Positions 51,491 to 62,398 are shown, counted from the stretch's first letter. The stretch is DNA of 64,000 bases from Candidatus Latescibacterota bacterium (GCA_965207885.1 OZ242311.1:5984001-6048000), one strand, 5' to 3'. Translations and numbers: made by a program. Notes: generated by a model not told the origin, from the sequence alone.

Positions 51491-53971
51491 TTAATTTCCA
51501 TACCGGAAGCGCACTTCGCGTTCAATGCTCTTGCCACTGATTAGATCGGTTACGATGATTTCGAGTGCGTTGACACCGGGTCTGACTTTGTTGAGTACGA
51601 TTTCGACGTATTCGCGCTCGTCGGCGTCGCGTCCCGTGAGTTCGTTGGTGATGGCCACCTGGGGTTTGCTGGTTCTAAAGATGGTACGCAACCCCGTGGC
51701 CACTGCGCCAAATACACCAACGGCGGGCATGGCACTGGAGCGAATGCGGTATTCGGTTTTGTAGCGGGTTTGTCCAAAGGTGTCTTTGGTCAGATTGTAG
51801 ATTTCAAAGTAGGCATAGACATTTTGCTTTATAGCATAACTGCGCGTGGGTATGGGAATGATCCACACGTCTTCTTTTAGGAATTTTGTTGCGCCTTCTT
51901 CTGCAATGTTCGAGGCCAGTTGAATTTCGCTGACCTGAAGCTCTGGGATCTGGTAGTCTCTGACCTGGAGTTCTTGCCGGTAGAGACCGGTGCGTCCAGA
52001 GATGAGGTCTTTCATTTGTACTTGAAGTTCGTATTTGCCGGGCGGTACCTGTGTCTTGATGATTTCAGGCACAAAAGCACCCTGTTCGGTTGTGTTGGGT
52101 ACCTGTGCGCCGCGATACGCGAACTCATCGGTTGTGCGATAGATGGATGTGTGACCTTCATTTGCCAGCGCAACGGCCAATTGTACGTGTATGAAACTCG
52201 AATCAGCTTCTTGCTCTATTTCGACCTGCTCGGGCGGGATGCCGTAATAAATCTCGAGATTGGTTTGCCCGTCGGGTCCGCGGAAGTGCGCCAGATCATA
52301 GTAGAAATTGAGTATGTCGCCGGGAAGTCCAGGGCGATAAAAGTCGGGCGAAGTCGATACAGCTTGCTGATAGATGACTTCGGGCATGTGTTCGGTCATG
52401 CGGGCGATATACGCGATGGCGTCGGGATCTTCGGTTGTGGCGTCGGGCAGTGGGGCAAAGTCATAGCGTCCATTGCCCCATTCGTCGGTAAAGGTAATCT
52501 CTATGCCCCCATTGATCTGAATATAGGTCCAGGTTTCCCAGGGCACGGTATCAATTTCACTGCCAATGGTAACAGGTGAAAAGCGGCCAAATTGCAAGCG
52601 GGTGTTGAGTTGCCCGGTTTGCTCATCGAGGACGCTTCCGATGGTGCCATCGCGTTCAAATGGATTGCGCTCAAAACCGAGTCTGAAGTCCGCAGCCTCA
52701 CCGCCTTCGGCCTCGGGGAGTTCGGCCATACTTTCATCGGCAGCTTCGCCGGCTTCTTCGGCCGTAAAATTCTCATCGGCGATGTCCATAGGATCGTCTT
52801 GTTCAAAGAGGGAGCCTGTTTCGCGGCTGGTGCGAATGGGAAAGACGGGACCTGTGAAGGTGAAGAAGGCCGCTTCAGGACCGTAGATGTCAACGGCCAT
52901 CTGTGTGCGCACGCGCTCCACTTCGGCGGTCTGGACAAAGTTGCGATCATTGGAGCGCGAGCGGTAGTCGGGTTCGCCATATCGAATATAAACAGCACCT
53001 CGCTCATCCCAGGGATAGACATTGGACGAATAATAGGTGCGCGCATACCAGGTGCGGCGGTAGTGTTCGATGACGCGCTCGTTGAGTTTGGTGAGGATGT
53101 CTGGGTCGCGCCGTGCCCAGAATTGCTCGCGATATGCCTGTTGTTCGGGTCCCGGTGTGGCGGCGCGGTATTCCTGGAGTTCTGTATCTGAGGCAATGTA
53201 GGCAATATCGGTGTAGTGTGCGCGTTCACTGCCTTCGATGTTGGCGAGATAGCGCTCGAAGAGTTCGAGGGCTTTTTGCGCCTCGTCGTTGTAAAAATAA
53301 CCCTGTGCAACAATGGGCAAGAGCGGAACGACGTCGGGATTTGCCGAGAGGTAGGGGGCAATATGTTCGAGAATTTTGTCAAATGCTTTGGCCTGTACAC
53401 AGGCTAAACCGTAATAATAAAGGCCCTCGGGATTGTCGGGTTCAAGTTCGACGTATTTCTGATAATACTGCATAGCCCTGGTGTGGTCTTCTTGAAATCG
53501 CTCATAGACTTCGCCGAGCAAGCGATAGGCCGGACCGTAGTTGGGATCGAGTTTGGTGGCGCGCTTGGCTTCGCGGATGGCTCTACGAAAATTGTAATAA
53601 GATTGCATTCCCCGCGTGGGTGCTTCGGCATATGTAAGGCCAAGTCCGACATAGGCTTCGACGAGGTTTTTGTCGAATTTTTTGGCTGTTTTGAAGGCGC
53701 CTTCAGCTTCTTTGTATTCTTTCCGTTTGAGATAGATATAACCCAGTTGGGAATACACATGGGCGTCTTCGGGGAAAAGTTCTAAAATGCGTTGGAGAGT
53801 GGCCATGGCCTCGTTGATTTCACCAGCTTGAATCTGACGCTGACCCAGGGCAAACATCGTATTTCGGTAGGTTGTGTCTTGTGGAGGCGTTTCATCTTCT
53901 TCTGCAAAAAGAGGCAACGCAATGCAAGATGCACAGCAGACAACCATCCAGAACCGCAATCCAATTTTCAT
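51491..53971 (-). CDS. Secreted TPR + GWxTD-like domain protein (paralog of 24327)
   Basis: Signal peptide, TPRs, FWARRDP...EHYRR...PWDERGAVYIRYGEPD. Confidence 0.8.
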   Translation of the reverse strand: MKIGLRFWMVVCCASCIALPLFAEEDETPPQDTTYRNTMFALGQRQIQAGEINEAMATLQRILELFPEDAHVYSQLGYIYLKRKEYKEAEGAFKTAKKFDKNLVEAYVGLGLTYAEAPTRGMQSYYNFRRAIREAKRATKLDPNYGPAYRLLGEVYERFQEDHTRAMQYYQKYVELEPDNPEGLYYYGLACVQAKAFDKILEHIAPYLSANPDVVPLLPIVAQGYFYNDEAQKALELFERYLANIEGSERAHYTDIAYIASDTELQEYRAATPGPEQQAYREQFWARRDPDILTKLNERVIEHYRRTWYARTYYSSNVYPWDERGAVYIRYGEPDYRSRSNDRNFVQTAEVERVRTQMAVDIYGPEAAFFTFTGPVFPIRTSRETGSLFEQDDPMDIADENFTAEEAGEAADESMAELPEAEGGEAADFRLGFERNPFERDGTIGSVLDEQTGQLNTRLQFGRFSPVTIGSEIDTVPWETWTYIQINGGIEITFTDEWGNGRYDFAPLPDATTEDPDAIAYIARMTEHMPEVIYQQAVSTSPDFYRPGLPGDILNFYYDLAHFRGPDGQTNLEIYYGIPPEQVEIEQEADSSFIHVQLAVALANEGHTSIYRTTDEFAYRGAQVPNTTEQGAFVPEIIKTQVPPGKYELQVQMKDLISGRTGLYRQELQVRDYQIPELQVSEIQLASNIAEEGATKFLKEDVWIIPIPTRSYAIKQNVYAYFEIYNLTKDTFGQTRYKTEYRIRSSAMPAVGVFGAVATGLRTIFRTSKPQVAITNELTGRDADEREYVEIVLNKVRPGVNALEIIVTDLISGKSIEREVRFRYGN

Positions 53972-54215
53972 GGTGTTCTCCCGATGGAAAAGTCGGAGGA
54001 CCAGATGTGTTTTAACATTTGTTATTATATTGTAAGGCAATGTCTTTGTCAATAGATTCCAATCGGTTAAACCTCATATGTGAGACTATGTTGATAACGC
54101 TTGACCGATGGGTCGGTTCCGCTTTTTGCGATTCGGTACTTTTCCCTTTAAAAAAAGAGTCTTATGTTGAGTCAAAGGGCGAGAATTGGAGCTAAATCAT
54201 TTTGGAGGCGATTTT

Positions 54216-55535
54216 ATGCGGTATCGCTTTTGTTGGATTGTCGCATTTTGGGGGCTGATTTTTGAAGGTGTTTCCGCAGATGCAATAGGAATTCCATTGG
54301 ACTTGTCTGCGATACTGGGTTCTGTAACGGTTGAGCAGGAGCAGAGGCAACGCTATAATATACAGCCTCGCATACGCATTGGGGACTTGTCTGCGGCTTT
54401 TGATCTGGAGATTTTTTTGGATCATGAGGGGCGTATTCGGGATAGTGGCTGGGATTTTTCGAGTCGCCGAAGAGGGATAGAGAGTTTGTTGCGAAAAATT
54501 CACTACGTGCGCTATGGAGATATCGATGATCGCAATCGGCGGCTGTCTGTACATGTCGGTGCTTTAGAATGGGTGACATTGGGCACGGGGCTGGTGATGC
54601 GCAACTATCGCAATACGCACGGTTCACCGGGGATAAAACGCGCGGGTTTGGACATGAGAATTCGCCATGTTTTCAGGCGTTTGACAGTGCGCGCCCTGAT
54701 CGGCAATTTGCTGGATTTAGAAGGCGGTGGACCAGTTTTTGGAGGGCGCGCCGAGTTTCAACCGGTTCCGCTATTGGATATGGGTGTCACAGCGGTTGTG
54801 GATGCAGATCAACTCAGCGGCCTGCCCGATTCAATTCGCGCAGATCTGCCGCGCGATGCGTTTGCAACCGCGAGTGTTGATGTGGGCTATCCGTTTATCG
54901 ATAGGCGACATCTAAGGGCGAGGCTGTATGCGGGTGCTGGGCGAATTCTGGATGAGGATAGTGGTACGGGTCTCGCTTTGCCCGGTGTGATGGTTGATGC
55001 AGGACCGGCGCGATTGCAGGTTGAGTATCGATGGGTGAACGGTCGGTTTCAGGCCGGGCATTTTGACGCGCTCTACGATGTCAATCGCGCGATTGTCGAT
55101 CCGGGTACGGGGGCTATTACCACGCGCGAGGCCACGTTGCAGTCCGCGTCGATGCAAGGGGTGTTTGGCAGTGCTCTTGTGAGATTTTACGGCATTTTTG
55201 TGGCGAGTGGTTCCTATCAACACTTGCGCGGAGATGTCGGCGATGCCCAAATTGTGGAAGGTCGCGCGGGTATGATACCAGAATTTTTGGAACAGATACC
55301 CAAAATAAAAAAAGTAACACGGGCAGAGGGGTATTTCGAGAAACGCTTTCGGAATGTCAGCCTGAGAAGCTTGTTCGATGGTACGCCCAATACGCGGTTT
55401 GGATATGTGGTCGCGCTGGAACCCGTAAAGAATACGGTGGTGATAATGGAGGCCGAATTTACTTATCTTCCAGACGGCTCCGGCGGATTTAGGCGCGAAC
55501 GGATTTTGAATATTCAGACAAAGATACAGCTTTAA
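54216..55535 (+). CDS. Hypothetical outer-membrane beta-barrel protein
   Basis: GGAGG RBS, signal peptide, KIHYVRYG, TLGTGLVMRNYRN, amphipathic strands. Confidence 0.7.
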   Translation: MRYRFCWIVAFWGLIFEGVSADAIGIPLDLSAILGSVTVEQEQRQRYNIQPRIRIGDLSAAFDLEIFLDHEGRIRDSGWDFSSRRRGIESLLRKIHYVRYGDIDDRNRRLSVHVGALEWVTLGTGLVMRNYRNTHGSPGIKRAGLDMRIRHVFRRLTVRALIGNLLDLEGGGPVFGGRAEFQPVPLLDMGVTAVVDADQLSGLPDSIRADLPRDAFATASVDVGYPFIDRRHLRARLYAGAGRILDEDSGTGLALPGVMVDAGPARLQVEYRWVNGRFQAGHFDALYDVNRAIVDPGTGAITTREATLQSASMQGVFGSALVRFYGIFVASGSYQHLRGDVGDAQIVEGRAGMIPEFLEQIPKIKKVTRAEGYFEKRFRNVSLRSLFDGTPNTRFGYVVALEPVKNTVVIMEAEFTYLPDGSGGFRRERILNIQTKIQL

Positions 55536-55540
55536 GTTGT

Positions 55541-58522
55541 TTAGAATCCCTCAAACTGGCTCAGGTCTGCAATGCCGTCGGGCAGGGCGGCGATGTGCTG
55601 GGCGAGGGCGAGGCGCGATTGCTTGAGGTCGGGATCATCGACCATGATGAACACGTCTTCGAAGAAGCGGTTGATGGGGTCGCGCAATTCGGTCATGACC
55701 TGGATCAGGGCGGTGAGTTTGTCGTCGGCTGTGTCCATTGTTTTGCGCGCGGCGAGATAGGCTTTGTGCAGTGCATTGGAAGCTTCTTCGGGGTCGCGGT
55801 CGGGATTGAGGTCGTAGTTTTCCGAGAGGTCGCGCACAATGCGTTTGCACCGCGCATGGGCGTGCAGGATATCGAGCCATTGATCGGAATGGATTTGCGC
55901 GGTAAATGCCCGGGCAATCCGCTGGATTTGATAGGGGTCGTCCAGGTTCGCCGCAATCGCAGCGGAAATCGCGTCGTGGCGCAGGCCTTCGTCTCGAAGG
56001 ACGACTTCGAGGCGGCGGATGATGTAGTCAAAGGCTTCGTCAATGGCTTCTCGTTTGACCACAACGGGCAGGTGAACGGCGGCTGTGTTGAGGCTCTGGC
56101 GAAGTGAAAAATGCATTTTGTAACCGAGGAGATTTGAAAGCAGTCCCAGGGTATCGCGTCTGAGACCATAGGGATCGGCATTTGAGCGGGGTTTGATGCC
56201 CACGCCAAAAAGACCGGCGAGGCTGTCGAGACGGTCGGCAATTGAGACGGCGAGGCCAGGTTGTGTTTGGGGCAGGGCGTCGCCCGGGAAGCGCGGGTGG
56301 TAATGGTCTTCAATGGCGCGCGCAACGGCTTTCGTTTCGCCTGAAGACAGGGCGTAATAGCGGCCCATGATGCCTTGCAGGGAGGTCATTTCGACGACCA
56401 TGCTGGTCGCCAGGTCGGCTTTGCACAATACGGCTGCGCGCAGAGCCGCTTTTTTATTTTCTCCACGAAGTTCAAGCGCATCAGATAAGTCGTTGACGAG
56501 TTTTTCAATGCGGCGGGTTTTGTCGCGCATGGAGCCGAGTTTTTCTTGAAAGGTGAGGGTGTCGAGGCGCGTGAGAAAGTCGCCGAGTTTTTTGGTTGTG
56601 TCGTCTTCGTAAAAAAATCTGGCGTCGGCATATCGGGCGCGTATGACGTTTTCATTGCCTTTGACGACGAGGTCGGGGTCGTCGGGTATTCCGTTGCACA
56701 CGGTGATGAAACTGGGTTTGAGGTTGCCTTTTTCGTCGAGTACCGGGAAGTATCGCTGGTGTTTTTTCATGACGGCGATGAGCATTTCACGGGGTAGGGA
56801 AAGGCGCGCGCTTTCAAAGGTGCCACAAAGCGCGTGCGGGGCTTCGACGAGGTCGGTGACTTCGTCGAGGAGGTCGGGATCTTCGGGCACGTTGCCGTCT
56901 ATTTTTTTGGCGAGTGTTTCAACTTGTTTTTTAATGGTTTCCCGTCGTTTGTCGCGGTTGACTGCGATGCCGTGTTTTTGCATTTGCGCGCGATAGTCAG
57001 TAGCAGAAGCGATTTCGATTTTTGGCGAGGCATTGGGGCGCAGCCCGCGGCTCGTGCGTCCTGCTGTTGTGCGCGCATAAGTGAATGGGATGATTTGATC
57101 GCCAAAGAGGGCGACAATCCAGCGGAGGGGACGCGGATATGCGATGCCTTCGGAATTCCAGCGCATGGTTTTGCCAAAGCTGAGTTTGGCGATGAGTTCG
57201 GGCAGCAGTTCAGAGAGGATTTCCTGGGTTTTGCGCCCGTATATGGTGATGCCCGCCCAGACGTAGTCGTCGCGCTGTTCCACGTCTGATGGATCAATGC
57301 CCTGTCCGCGGGCGAATCCCTGAAGTGCTCGGGTGGGGTTGCCGTCATTGTCATAGGAGATGCGGATGGCCGGTCCGCGCGCTTGTCTGATTTCATCGGG
57401 TTGCCGTCCCTGTAAATTTTTGACGATGGCATATTGCCTGCGCGGCGTGGCGCTGACTTCGATGCTGTCGTACGAGAGCTTTATTTCGTCGAGGTGTTCG
57501 GGCAGCAATTTTTCGAGTTGTGCTATGGCGCTGACCACATCGGCAGGTGGCAGTTCTTCAGAGCCGATTTCGAGCAGGAGATCGGCGGTATCTACTTCGG
57601 GCAGGTCGTCGGCTTTGGATACCAGTGGGGGTTCGTCCTTTGATGGTTCTACAAGGGGATGTCCCTGGTCTGCGCGCTGTTTGAGATATGCTTCGGCTAT
57701 TTGGCGCGAGAGGTCGCGCATTTGGGCGAAGAAACGGGCGCGTTCGGTTACGCCAATTGCGCCGCGCGTGTCGAGTAGATTAAAGGTGTGTGAGCAGCGA
57801 ATGACGTAGTCGTGTGCGGGTATGACGAGGTCGCGGTCGAGGGCTGCCTGGGCTTCGGCTAAAAAGATGTCGTACATGGATTTGAGGCGGTTGACGTCGG
57901 CCCAGTAGAACTCGTAGTTGCAGTATTCTATTTCTTGTTTTTTGAGGATGTCGCCATACGTCACGGTGTCGTTCCACTGTAGTTTCCAGACTTCATCCAC
58001 GCCTTGAAGGTACATGGCAATGCGTTCGAGTCCGTAGGTGATTTCAACGGCTACGGGATCGAGTTGCATGCCGCCAGCTTGCTGGAAATAGGTAAATTGC
58101 GTGATTTCCATGCCGTCTAACCACACTTCCCATCCCAGGCCCCAGGCCCCCAGAGCGGGGGATTCCCAGTTGTCTTCGACAAAGCGGATGTCGTGCGCTT
58201 TGCAATCGAGACCCAGTGCTTCGAGACTTTTGAGATATAGTTCCTGCGGGTTGCCGGGGTCGGGTTTGAGGATGACCTGATACTGGGTGTGCATTTGCAT
58301 GCGGTTGGGGTTTTCACCAAAGCGCCCGTCGTCGGGGCGGTAGGAGGGTTCAACATAGGCGACGTTCCACGGTTCGGGTCCGAGGACGCGCAGAACCGTG
58401 GCGGCGTTCATGGTGCCTGCGCCCACTTTTTCGCTGTAGGGTTGCCATATTATGCAGCCGTTGTCGGCCCAGAAGCGCTCAAGGCGCATGATCAGGTCTT
58501 GAAAATTCAGGTGGTTACTCAC
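55541..58522 (-). CDS. glyQS: Glycine--tRNA ligase, fused alpha+beta subunits
   Basis: Alpha motifs [25 protein letters not shown] in frame with beta motifs [19 protein letters not shown]. Confidence 0.95.
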   Translation of the reverse strand: MSNHLNFQDLIMRLERFWADNGCIIWQPYSEKVGAGTMNAATVLRVLGPEPWNVAYVEPSYRPDDGRFGENPNRMQMHTQYQVILKPDPGNPQELYLKSLEALGLDCKAHDIRFVEDNWESPALGAWGLGWEVWLDGMEITQFTYFQQAGGMQLDPVAVEITYGLERIAMYLQGVDEVWKLQWNDTVTYGDILKKQEIEYCNYEFYWADVNRLKSMYDIFLAEAQAALDRDLVIPAHDYVIRCSHTFNLLDTRGAIGVTERARFFAQMRDLSRQIAEAYLKQRADQGHPLVEPSKDEPPLVSKADDLPEVDTADLLLEIGSEELPPADVVSAIAQLEKLLPEHLDEIKLSYDSIEVSATPRRQYAIVKNLQGRQPDEIRQARGPAIRISYDNDGNPTRALQGFARGQGIDPSDVEQRDDYVWAGITIYGRKTQEILSELLPELIAKLSFGKTMRWNSEGIAYPRPLRWIVALFGDQIIPFTYARTTAGRTSRGLRPNASPKIEIASATDYRAQMQKHGIAVNRDKRRETIKKQVETLAKKIDGNVPEDPDLLDEVTDLVEAPHALCGTFESARLSLPREMLIAVMKKHQRYFPVLDEKGNLKPSFITVCNGIPDDPDLVVKGNENVIRARYADARFFYEDDTTKKLGDFLTRLDTLTFQEKLGSMRDKTRRIEKLVNDLSDALELRGENKKAALRAAVLCKADLATSMVVEMTSLQGIMGRYYALSSGETKAVARAIEDHYHPRFPGDALPQTQPGLAVSIADRLDSLAGLFGVGIKPRSNADPYGLRRDTLGLLSNLLGYKMHFSLRQSLNTAAVHLPVVVKREAIDEAFDYIIRRLEVVLRDEGLRHDAISAAIAANLDDPYQIQRIARAFTAQIHSDQWLDILHAHARCKRIVRDLSENYDLNPDRDPEEASNALHKAYLAARKTMDTADDKLTALIQVMTELRDPINRFFEDVFIMVDDPDLKQSRLALAQHIAALPDGIADLSQFEGF

Positions 58523-58628
58523 GGTTGGTTCCTCAATTGGTGGATCGCGATCAGCGGTCAAAGGTCAAATGATACTCTGATTTTGGGTTTGTGTCAACTT
58601 GTGGTCGGTTTTCACGCGTTTTTTCTTC

Positions 58629-58730
58629 TTGCAAAAGCCGTTTTTCTCGCCTATATTTTGGGACAAATGACGACTGACAAAATAAATAGATTGAATACAA
58701 ACGCTCCCTCATAAGGGGGCGTTTTTTTTT
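58629..58730 (+). promoter_or_regulatory. pyrB promoter, 15-aa leader ORF and attenuator
   Basis: TTGCAA-17-TATATT; ORF 58667-58714; hairpin AAACGCTCCCT-cata-AGGGGGCG followed by T9, upstream of the pyrB RBS. Confidence 0.65.
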
Positions 58731-58746
58731 ACGCGGAGGGTAAGAT

Positions 58747-59673
58747 ATGGATAGTCTGTTTCACGTGCTTGAGGCGCAGCAATTTAGCCGAGATGTTATG
58801 AATGAGATTTTTGACGTGACGCGCGAGATGGAGCATGTGGTCAGCCGTTATGGTTCGAATATTTTGAATCGGCGGATTATGGCGACTTTGTTTTACGAAC
58901 CGAGTACGCGCACGCGGTTGTCTTTTGAGGCGGCGATGTATCGCCTGGGCGGCGAGGTGATTACGACGGAGAGCGCGCAGGAGTTTTCTTCGGCGGCAAA
59001 GGGTGAGACGCTGGAGGATACGATCCGTATTGTAGAGGGGTATTCCGATGTGATTGTGTTGCGGCACTACGAGGGTGGCTCTGCGCGGCGGGCAGCAGAT
59101 GCGGCGTCGGTTCCCATTATCAATGCGGGTGACGGGCCTGGGCAGCATCCCACGCAGGCGCTTTTGGATGTGTACACGATTCAGAAGGAGATCGGCAGGT
59201 TAGATGGTATTCGCGTGGCATTGGTCGGCGATCTGGCAAATGGTCGCACGGCGCGGTCGCTGGCTTATTTGTTGACGAAGTACGAAGGTGTGAAGTTGTA
59301 TTTTGTCGCGCCAACTGTTGTGCGTATGAGAGATGATATCAAGGCGTATCTGACAGAACACGGGGTGGTGTTTGAGGAAGAAGAAGATCTTATGAGCGTG
59401 ATGTCGAAGGTGGATGTGGTGTATCAGACGCGGATTCAGCGCGAGCGGTTTGGCGACCGGATAGAAGATTACGAGCGGGCGCGGGGAAAATATATTATCG
59501 ATGTGGAGACGATGTCGGCGCTTTCGGAGAATGCGATTGTGATGCATCCCCTGCCCCGGGTGGATGAGATTGATCCGGCTGTTGATACAGATCCCCGCGC
59601 TGCGTATTTTCGCCAGGCACATAACGGTGTTTTTATTCGTATGGCGCTGTTGCAGATGGTGTTGGGGATGTGA
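58747..59673 (+). CDS. pyrB: Aspartate carbamoyltransferase
   Basis: FYEPSTRTR, KGETLEDT, QHPTQALLD, HPLPR. Confidence 0.97.
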   Translation: MDSLFHVLEAQQFSRDVMNEIFDVTREMEHVVSRYGSNILNRRIMATLFYEPSTRTRLSFEAAMYRLGGEVITTESAQEFSSAAKGETLEDTIRIVEGYSDVIVLRHYEGGSARRAADAASVPIINAGDGPGQHPTQALLDVYTIQKEIGRLDGIRVALVGDLANGRTARSLAYLLTKYEGVKLYFVAPTVVRMRDDIKAYLTEHGVVFEEEEDLMSVMSKVDVVYQTRIQRERFGDRIEDYERARGKYIIDVETMSALSENAIVMHPLPRVDEIDPAVDTDPRAAYFRQAHNGVFIRMALLQMVLGM

Positions 59674-59682
59674 TGAGGGAGT

Positions 59683-60108
59683 TTAAGGTCGCGTCTCCTG
59701 ATCTCTTTCAAATATCATGAGTACGATAGAATCAGAGAGCGATTCTGTTACGGCAATCCGGCTCTGGTTGTTGTAGAAAAATCCCGAAAAATTTCTTCCT
59801 GACGTGGAAAACGTAATTTCAAGTTTCGAATTGATAGCGTAGTTTCCATCTATCTCCCAAATACTCTGGTCTGGACTGCCAAAGCTCGCAGACAAGCGAT
59901 AGGTTCTGTCGGGGTTTAATTCGATAAATCCAGTGGGTGGATTTTCTTCCGCCTCATGATTTCGATAGATCTGAGCGTGTCCAATTCCCGTGTCAACTTT
60001 AACCGCCTGCAATGTGTAGATCCCCGCCACTGCCTGTGGCGATGTGGGCGATTCCGCGCCACAGGTAATCAAGAGCAATCCCAGAAATATAATTGCGATC
60101 CGTTTCAT
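59683..60108 (-). CDS. Hypothetical lipoprotein (lipocalin-like)
   Basis: MKRIAIIFLGLLLITC lipobox-like; VAGIYTL. Confidence 0.65.
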   Translation of the reverse strand: MKRIAIIFLGLLLITCGAESPTSPQAVAGIYTLQAVKVDTGIGHAQIYRNHEAEENPPTGFIELNPDRTYRLSASFGSPDQSIWEIDGNYAINSKLEITFSTSGRNFSGFFYNNQSRIAVTESLSDSIVLMIFERDQETRP

Positions 60109-60146
60109 GACAGCCGGTCTCCAGGTGCCTTTTTTCCTGGATGTGT

Positions 60147-60205
60147 ACAATTTTTAGCTAAATTCTGTTGAAATTATGACAATTTTTAGCTAAATTCTGT
60201 CGAAA
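60147..60205 (+). repeat. 27-bp direct repeat with palindromic core, probable operator
   Basis: ACAATTTTTAGCTAAATTCTGT(T/C)GAAA twice, period 32. Confidence 0.8.
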
Positions 60206-60217
60206 GAGGATAAAAGC

Positions 60218-61546
60218 ATGATAAAAAGAGATCTGGAAAAACGTCTGATTGCATATCTATCTCGTCGCGTTGAACATTCGAATGTCGCCCTGTTAGAAGG
60301 CGCGCGGCAGGTTGGTAAGACCACGCTTATAGAATCTATCAGGCCGAAACTCGACCGCGAGATCCTCTATTTGAATTTAGAGGAGAACAGCCGCGCGGTT
60401 CACGATCTCAATTCTTGCAGGGATTTTGCAGATTTTGAGACGTATCTTGCGACTGTGTATCAGTTCAAGGGCGACGGTCAGCGCATTTTGTGTATTGATG
60501 AGGCGCAAGAGAGTTCTGTGCTGGGTGGGTTTGTGCGCTTTATGAAAGAAAAATGGCAGCACACACCGGTTATTCTTACGGGTAGTTCTATGTCGCGTAT
60601 CTTCGGGCCGGAGACGCGCTTTCCCGTTGGAAGAGTTACGCGATTTTTGCTACAACCCTTCAGTTTTAGAGAGTTTCTTCGTTGTGGAAAAGAAGAAGAG
60701 TTGCTCGCTTTTGAAGATCCCTTCCAGATACCCCTGTTTTTGCATGAACGCCTTCTCAAATACGTGCAGTCGTATCTCGATGTGGGAGGGCTACCGGCGG
60801 TTGCCTCATCGTTTTTTGACCAGATGGATTGGCGGCAGTTGCGTCGAGATTTGTATCTCGACTATCGCAGTGATTTTGCCAGGATTTTTTCGGCTACCGA
60901 AGCCTCTTTATTCGATCAGTGTTTGCGCGGTGTGGCATCAAATCTCGGTAGCCCAAGCAAGTACGCGCAGATGGTTCGGACGACGTCAGCTCTTTATAGA
61001 AGGGTACCGGATTTTCTGGAATTGCTCGAGTCGTGGAAGCTGATTTACAAGTCCAATATCCAGGGTACACGCCCAGAGCAACAGGGCTTTTCGCCCAAGC
61101 GCTATCTTTACGATCCGGGATTGGCCAATGATTTGCGGCTGACAGCGCTGCCGCGTATCGATATTCTCTCAAGTCTCGATGCCGCTCAGCGCGCGCCCCT
61201 TGGGGGTATTATTGAGAATATGCTGGCGACTGAACTCGTGGTATTGGGACAGGATTTGACGGGTTGGAAAAAGGGTGTTAACAGTTCTGAAGTCGATTTT
61301 ATTTTTCGCACGGCATTGGGCAATACCATACCCATCGAGTGCAAAGCGTCTCTTGTCACAAGGCCGCGGGATACACGTGGTCTGTCAGAATACGCTGCGC
61401 GGCATGGGAGCAATCTGGGCATTCTCGTCAATCTCGATATGCCAGGGAAACTCACGACATCTTCAGGGCTAAATATGATTCACATACCGGTTTATCTAAT
61501 TGATTGGCTTGGTGAAGTAATAGAAAGTGAGACGGAGAGTTCTTAA
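60218..61546 (+). CDS. AAA_14 ATPase with DUF4143 / nuclease-like C-terminus
   Basis: GARQVGKT, IDEAQ, LTGSS, GGLP, YLYDPG, EVDF...IECK. Confidence 0.88.
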   Translation: MIKRDLEKRLIAYLSRRVEHSNVALLEGARQVGKTTLIESIRPKLDREILYLNLEENSRAVHDLNSCRDFADFETYLATVYQFKGDGQRILCIDEAQESSVLGGFVRFMKEKWQHTPVILTGSSMSRIFGPETRFPVGRVTRFLLQPFSFREFLRCGKEEELLAFEDPFQIPLFLHERLLKYVQSYLDVGGLPAVASSFFDQMDWRQLRRDLYLDYRSDFARIFSATEASLFDQCLRGVASNLGSPSKYAQMVRTTSALYRRVPDFLELLESWKLIYKSNIQGTRPEQQGFSPKRYLYDPGLANDLRLTALPRIDILSSLDAAQRAPLGGIIENMLATELVVLGQDLTGWKKGVNSSEVDFIFRTALGNTIPIECKASLVTRPRDTRGLSEYAARHGSNLGILVNLDMPGKLTTSSGLNMIHIPVYLIDWLGEVIESETESS

Positions 61547-61573
61547 TCATCAATCAACCCCATCAATAGCGCC

Positions 61574-61677
61574 GTCATCGCGGTATGGTGTTGAGCCGCG
61601 ATCCAGAAGGTTTTGTAGGGGACGGTCCCCGTGCCGTCCCGTGTGTCATCGCGGTATGATGTTGAGCCGCGATCCAG
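61574..61677 (+). repeat. Composite repeat: two GTCAT-ATCCAG palindromes flanking a GTAG REP
   Basis: GTCATCGCGGTATG.TGTTGAGCCGCGATCCAG twice around GTAGGGGACGGTCCCCGTGCCGTCCC. Confidence 0.8.
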
Positions 61678-61692
61678 AAGTGTCCAGAACGA

Positions 61693-62391
61693 TTATGACA
61701 GATCTTTCCATTCGTCAATGGTCGGTGTATTGATATCTTCGCGATAGATGACTTTGCCCTGAATGGCACTGCACACTTCTTCAGCCGGTATAGGAATAGA
61801 ACCGAGTTCTATAAGGTGGGCATTGTCCGGTGAGTCCAGGACGAATACCGGCTTGTTTTGAGCGAGTGCGTCTTTGCATAGCGTCTCTGTTTTGCCACCC
61901 GGTTCTGCGTGGGCGATGAGGATGCAGTCGGTGAGTGCAGCGATGTGTGCGTTGCGCCGGGCTGCTATGGCTGCGGTTGGGCGATGGATGTTGCCGTTGA
62001 AAAAGGAAAGGATTAGTAGGCGTCCTTCGGCGAGCGGTTTCTTCCAGTTTTTCGGCGTTCGCATGCGGCTGAGTCCCCGTGCCGGGCAGACGACAACGGG
62101 AGCCGTACCCCGCAACAACAGATCCAGACACTCCTTCTCCATTGGCGACTGAAAACCGCCGATGATCGTCGCGTCTGTATCTCGTAACGTCCGTGAGAGA
62201 TCGTAGGTCTTGAGGATTGTATCGCCGGGAGCGCGCACCGAACAGAAGAAGCTGAGCAATGTACTGTCGAGTACATTGAGGTTGCCCTGCGCTGTGACCG
62301 TCAATAGCTGCCCATTATCGGAACAACGCCGTAATGCCGCTGGATAGTCAGGAGTATTGGGCGTTAAAAGTATTTTGTTCTCAGGATTCAT
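61693..62391 (-). CDS. Short DprA/Smf-like (SLOG fold) protein
   Basis: DYPAAL, GNLNVL, FCSVR.PG, IGGFQSPME, RRN, GGKT. Confidence 0.75.
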   Translation of the reverse strand: MNPENKILLTPNTPDYPAALRRCSDNGQLLTVTAQGNLNVLDSTLLSFFCSVRAPGDTILKTYDLSRTLRDTDATIIGGFQSPMEKECLDLLLRGTAPVVVCPARGLSRMRTPKNWKKPLAEGRLLILSFFNGNIHRPTAAIAARRNAHIAALTDCILIAHAEPGGKTETLCKDALAQNKPVFVLDSPDNAHLIELGSIPIPAEEVCSAIQGKVIYREDINTPTIDEWKDLS

Positions 62392-62398
62392 AGCAAAT

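Noticed and set aside
58660-58709. pyrG-type reiterative-transcription antitermination (GGG start, GCTCCC terminator arm)
   Set aside because: GGG is only 2 nt from the predicted -10 box and is followed by A rather than C.
60147-60205. Possible CRISPR array
   Set aside because: Only two repeats, a 5-bp gap and no cas genes.
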